The notes below the pieces were generated by a model. It saw only the letters and a program-made list of their open reading frames with translations, searched no databases and was not told the origin of the DNA. From a virus (Duplodnaviria > Caudoviricetes), in IMG/VR virus record IMGVR_UViG_3300013426_000022, positions 51,084 through 115,083 of that record: a stretch of 64,000 bases of DNA, one strand, 5' to 3'. The position numbers were made by a program, and so were the translations under genes. This document shows, in pieces, positions 60,255-64,000 of the stretch. Numbering within the stretch: the stretch's first letter is position 1; every line of letters starts with the position of its first letter.

Positions 60255-62870
60255 TCAATTCTTGAATATGATATTACCGTATTTAAAATTGTCTATATCA
60301 GTATCTGATGTTAGTATTAAATCAACAGGTTCATTATCGAACATATTATTGTGTGTTATTAAAAATACTTGTTCACAATTAACTTGTTCTATAAATTTAT
60401 AAAGAATATTTATAAATTCTTGTCTATTTTTATTATCCAATGGTCCATCTAATTCATCTAAACATATTATATCATAAGATGTCATTGATTGAATTATTAA
60501 AGACAATGATAATACTATGGATATAAAACTACTTTCCCCTTGACTAGCATTGATTATATCAGGTACCATTATTCCTTTAGTTATAAAAGGAATTCTAAAT
60601 TCATTTTCGTTTATTATGAAACTATCTATTTGTAATTGTCCGTCAAATACAGATTCTAATAACATATTCATTAATATAGGACAATTTTTCAAATATACAT
60701 TTAAATACAGTAGAGGTATACCAGTAGATGCATTGAGAGCATCTCTTATTTCATTTATATCTTTAAATAATAAATTTAAAGCATTATATTCTTTTGTTAA
60801 ATTAGAATATTCTTTTAATTTATAATCTAATTCTTCTTTATGCTTATTATCTAATTGTATATTTGAATTAATTTTATCCAGTGTATTTTGTAATTGTAAA
60901 TTACTACGTTCCAATTCATGTTTTAAATTAATATTAGATTGTATTTCTTTTAATTTATAATCTACATCTTTAAAATCTTCTTTTAGTTGATTTAAGTTTT
61001 CTTTTAATCTTAATGCTTTCAGTATCTCTTCATCTTTTTTTATAATTGTATCTTTATTATCTTTTAATTTATTTATTTTTTCTTGAGCTTTTTTTATTAC
61101 TTCATCATTTTTATTTATTTTTTCTCTTATTTGTAATATTTGATTTTCTATACTTATAGTATCTAATCCAAAATCTTTTATTGTTTTAAATTCTTCTACA
61201 ATTTTATTTCTATTAATCATATATTCATCTAATAATTCAAATGATTCCGAATCATCTATTGCTAAATTTAATAATGTTGTATTTACTAATGGTTTTCTTT
61301 TACAAATATTATATAATATATTTTTAACATTATATTCTATGGGTACATCATATTTTAATTCTAAATTATTGATGATACCTATCATATTAGATATAACTCT
61401 ATAAATATCATATAATTCATCGTAACCACTTAATTCTTTTTTTAATTCTATTAATCTATCGACATCGTCATAATTTTTATTTAATTTATCAGTTAAACTA
61501 TTATAAAAATCTATATATGGGCATTTTTTATTACAAGAAAAACTTATGTTGTTTTTACCTAATATATTTTCTAACATATTATTCTTTATAGATGCTTCAT
61601 TTAATTTATCTATTTCATTTTCTATTTTAATTTTATTATCAGATAATTCTTTTTCCACATTTTTATTTTTTAAAATTAAATCTGATATCATACGAATATT
61701 TGATGGTTTATATTGATTTAAAGAATCATATGTCTGCATAACTAATCGTATATTATCTTTTAGTCGAAGTAATTCATTTTTATCATATCTAGTTCTATTT
61801 GTTAAATTATTTTTTAATTTAGATATTTTTTTATCATATGATTTTATACTTTCTTCTATATTTTTTAATCTAGTTGTAGATACTGAAGTTTTAAGTTTAT
61901 TTTCTAAATCTTGTATCTGATTATAATATATATCTTTTTCTGAAATTTCTTTGTTAATAATAGCAATTTGAGAATCTATATCTTTATCCAGTTTATTTAT
62001 ATTTCTTTCTGATAATAATTTATATTCAGTTTCAGTATTAGTTATATCCTTTATTAAAACTAAATTCTTTTCGGATGAAGAAATAATTTCATTAAGATGA
62101 CGCCATTGTAAATTAACATCATCATAATCAGAACACTCTATGCTTTTTAATTTAGTTTCGTTTATTGTAATTTTTTTTATTAATGAATGTTTTTCTTTTT
62201 CATTATCCAATATTCTATTAGATAAAACAGTTATTTCACTTTCAAAATCTCCTATATCTGATACATTATATTTACTTAATTTATCAGATATATTTTTCAT
62301 AACTGCTCTGACATTTCTATATTCGTCAGATACTTTTTTATAAAAATTATTGTATATGTCTATATCTGAAAATAATTTAGTAGCAAATGATTTTCTATTT
62401 GTTGCTTTCATATTAATAAGACTGGTTACATTACTTCCCAATCGCATTAACTTTAATAAATCTTGATCTATACCTAATTCATTATATACTTGCTCTTTAA
62501 AACTTTTAACATTGCCGTTACTATTCAATTCTTCTCCATTTTTACTTATATATGATTTAACTGATTTATTTTTATTTTTAAACATATAGAAATGCTTTAT
62601 TATATATTCATTACCTTTGTCTTGTATATGAATTTCTTTATATCCATCCATACCTTCTTTTATTAAACAACTATCACTTCTAACATCCATATTACCACAT
62701 GAAGCAAAAGGATGTAGTTCTGATAAAATAGAAGTTTTACCTGAACCATTTTTACCAGATAAAACTATTAATTTATTTTTGGATTTATTAAAATTTATTT
62801 CAATTTCAGGTTTCTTCATACCTGACATTATATTCACAAAATTTTTTAATTTTAAGTATGTTATTTTCAT
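60255..62870 (-). CDS. sbcC: SbcC/Rad50-like SMC ATPase
   Basis: GKNGSGKT, long coiled coils with a central Cys pair, ASQGE, CLDELDG, ITH; promoter at 62884-62895. Confidence 0.9.
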   Translation of the reverse strand: MKITYLKLKNFVNIMSGMKKPEIEINFNKSKNKLIVLSGKNGSGKTSILSELHPFASCGNMDVRSDSCLIKEGMDGYKEIHIQDKGNEYIIKHFYMFKNKNKSVKSYISKNGEELNSNGNVKSFKEQVYNELGIDQDLLKLMRLGSNVTSLINMKATNRKSFATKLFSDIDIYNNFYKKVSDEYRNVRAVMKNISDKLSKYNVSDIGDFESEITVLSNRILDNEKEKHSLIKKITINETKLKSIECSDYDDVNLQWRHLNEIISSSEKNLVLIKDITNTETEYKLLSERNINKLDKDIDSQIAIINKEISEKDIYYNQIQDLENKLKTSVSTTRLKNIEESIKSYDKKISKLKNNLTNRTRYDKNELLRLKDNIRLVMQTYDSLNQYKPSNIRMISDLILKNKNVEKELSDNKIKIENEIDKLNEASIKNNMLENILGKNNISFSCNKKCPYIDFYNSLTDKLNKNYDDVDRLIELKKELSGYDELYDIYRVISNMIGIINNLELKYDVPIEYNVKNILYNICKRKPLVNTTLLNLAIDDSESFELLDEYMINRNKIVEEFKTIKDFGLDTISIENQILQIREKINKNDEVIKKAQEKINKLKDNKDTIIKKDEEILKALRLKENLNQLKEDFKDVDYKLKEIQSNINLKHELERSNLQLQNTLDKINSNIQLDNKHKEELDYKLKEYSNLTKEYNALNLLFKDINEIRDALNASTGIPLLYLNVYLKNCPILMNMLLESVFDGQLQIDSFIINENEFRIPFITKGIMVPDIINASQGESSFISIVLSLSLIIQSMTSYDIICLDELDGPLDNKNRQEFINILYKFIEQVNCEQVFLITHNNMFDNEPVDLILTSDTDIDNFKYGNIIFKN

Positions 62871-62964
62871 ATAAACACCTCCATATTAAATTGTTAATAT
62901 TTAAATGAATTTTTACTATTAAACAAACACATAACGATTAATAAATAAAGAAAGGAGTATAGAT

Positions 62965-63696
62965 ATGAATTATGAAGATTTTAAATTAAGACGAGATTAT
63001 ATAGTTGAAGAAGCATTAGTTCCATTTGGATTATCATCTAAATATAAATTTATTGATGTTACAAATGTAGATGATGATTTTATATTAGAAGAATCATCTA
63101 AGATAAAAGATAAATATCCGATTTATATTGTAGTATCTTGGTGTAATACTTTACCTGATAAAGTTATATCTGCTGTTACAAGATGTAGATATTGTCATGC
63201 AGCATTATCTTTAGATCCTTCATTACAAAAATTATACAGCTTTAATTTAGTAAATCATGTTAAAAATAAAAGAGGGGGATTTAGTATAGAATCTTTACAA
63301 AACTATTTAAATGATTATGAAGATAGTTTAATGGCAGTATTTACTATATTTTTAGATAAAATAAAATTTGATACTTTAAAAAAGAATATTAAATGGTTCA
63401 TAGATCATGCTAAAGAATCAACATATAGCTTTTTAAATATAATAGCTTATGGATTACATCTACCAGTACAATTTTCAAATAAAATGGTATGTTCTCAATT
63501 TGTAGATAATGTATTGAAAAAAATAGGAGTTGATGTAACTGGTAAACGAAGTTCTCAAGTATCAGCAGCATCATTTTATAAATCAGATTCTGATTACATT
63601 TATAAATGTTACGAAGGTAAAATAAAAACATATAAACCTTCAACATTAAATAAATCAGTTAATAAAATAAAAGGTACAGCTAAAGTAGTTACTTAA
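62965..63696 (+). CDS. Permuted papain-like NlpC/P60 (YiiX/YebB-like) enzyme, probably virion-packaged
   Basis: YCHAAL precedes MVCSQFV (His before Cys); late promoter at 62922-62933; acidic N-terminal leader. Confidence 0.65.
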   Translation: MNYEDFKLRRDYIVEEALVPFGLSSKYKFIDVTNVDDDFILEESSKIKDKYPIYIVVSWCNTLPDKVISAVTRCRYCHAALSLDPSLQKLYSFNLVNHVKNKRGGFSIESLQNYLNDYEDSLMAVFTIFLDKIKFDTLKKNIKWFIDHAKESTYSFLNIIAYGLHLPVQFSNKMVCSQFVDNVLKKIGVDVTGKRSSQVSAASFYKSDSDYIYKCYEGKIKTYKPSTLNKSVNKIKGTAKVVT

Positions 63697-63698
63697 AA

Positions 63699-63738
63699 AA
63701 ATAAAGAGATATGGGAAATTTCCCATATCTCTTTATTT
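63699..63738. terminator. Bidirectional terminator
   Basis: 20-bp perfect inverted repeat. Confidence 0.8.
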
Positions 63739-63739
63739 G

Positions 63740-63970
63740 TTAATTTTTAGCTTCTTTTATATCATCTAGAAGTGATTCTTCTACTTCTAATTCAGTATGC
63801 TCTATTAATTCTATACAATCATCATCTTCTAATAATTCAATACCTTTTGGTTCTTGATATTTGTTACATTGTATGTTTAAACATTGTTTTGTCTTTCTTC
63901 TAAATGTGTAATCTTCTATCGGTCTTTGATACTTACAAATATCTTTAAATTTACAAGTTTTACATTCCAA
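63740..63970 (-). CDS. Small Cys-rich protein (start uncertain)
   Basis: CxxCxxxxxC...C...C pattern. Confidence 0.5.
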   Translation of the reverse strand: MECKTCKFKDICKYQRPIEDYTFRRKTKQCLNIQCNKYQEPKGIELLEDDDCIELIEHTELEVEESLLDDIKEAKN

Positions 63971-64000
63971 TTTAGCATATTCACCTGTATTACCTTGTTT

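Noticed and set aside
683-63646. Many short antisense ORFs in the ORF track (e.g. 4667-5173, 14609-15410, 29524-29811, 38018-38500)
   Set aside because: They are shadows of real genes on the opposite strand, without RBSs and with composition mirroring the sense-strand codon bias.
1-64000. Phage nucleus genes (chimallin, PhuZ), tRNAs, integrase
   Set aside because: No recognisable motifs in this window; their presence elsewhere in the genome cannot be judged.

Overview
A very AT-rich (about 22-25% GC by eye) segment of a lytic jumbo myophage of the phiKZ/AR9-PBS1 superfamily. The host is probably a Firmicute or Clostridium (GGAGG ribosome-binding sites, amidase-SH3b endolysin). The window holds a split family-B DNA polymerase, two multisubunit RNA polymerase beta'-like pieces, an SF2 helicase, SbcC, terminase, portal, prohead protease, a probable major capsid protein, tail sheath and tube, tail fibres, a 2528-aa CotH-kinase/LRR protein, and an accessory region with a Tad1-like anti-Thoeris sponge. 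Two phage promoter classes can be read directly: about 20 AR9-type late promoters (AACAA-N5-TA) and TATATTAT early promoters. The most notable unexplained features are: (1) a ~125-nt intergenic unit running from a late promoter to a terminator and holding eight ANGGA motifs, resembling a CsrA-sponge sRNA; (2) a thrice-repeated early-promoter cassette with a covarying 5' hairpin and an AUGG loop; (3) kinase and GNAT domains fused in frame to head proteins that keep their own internal RBS and ATG; (4) several essential genes broken by single stops or frameshifts, possibly consensus errors. No tRNA, rRNA, CRISPR array, integrase or IS was seen. All family assignments come from motif recognition by eye, not database searches.
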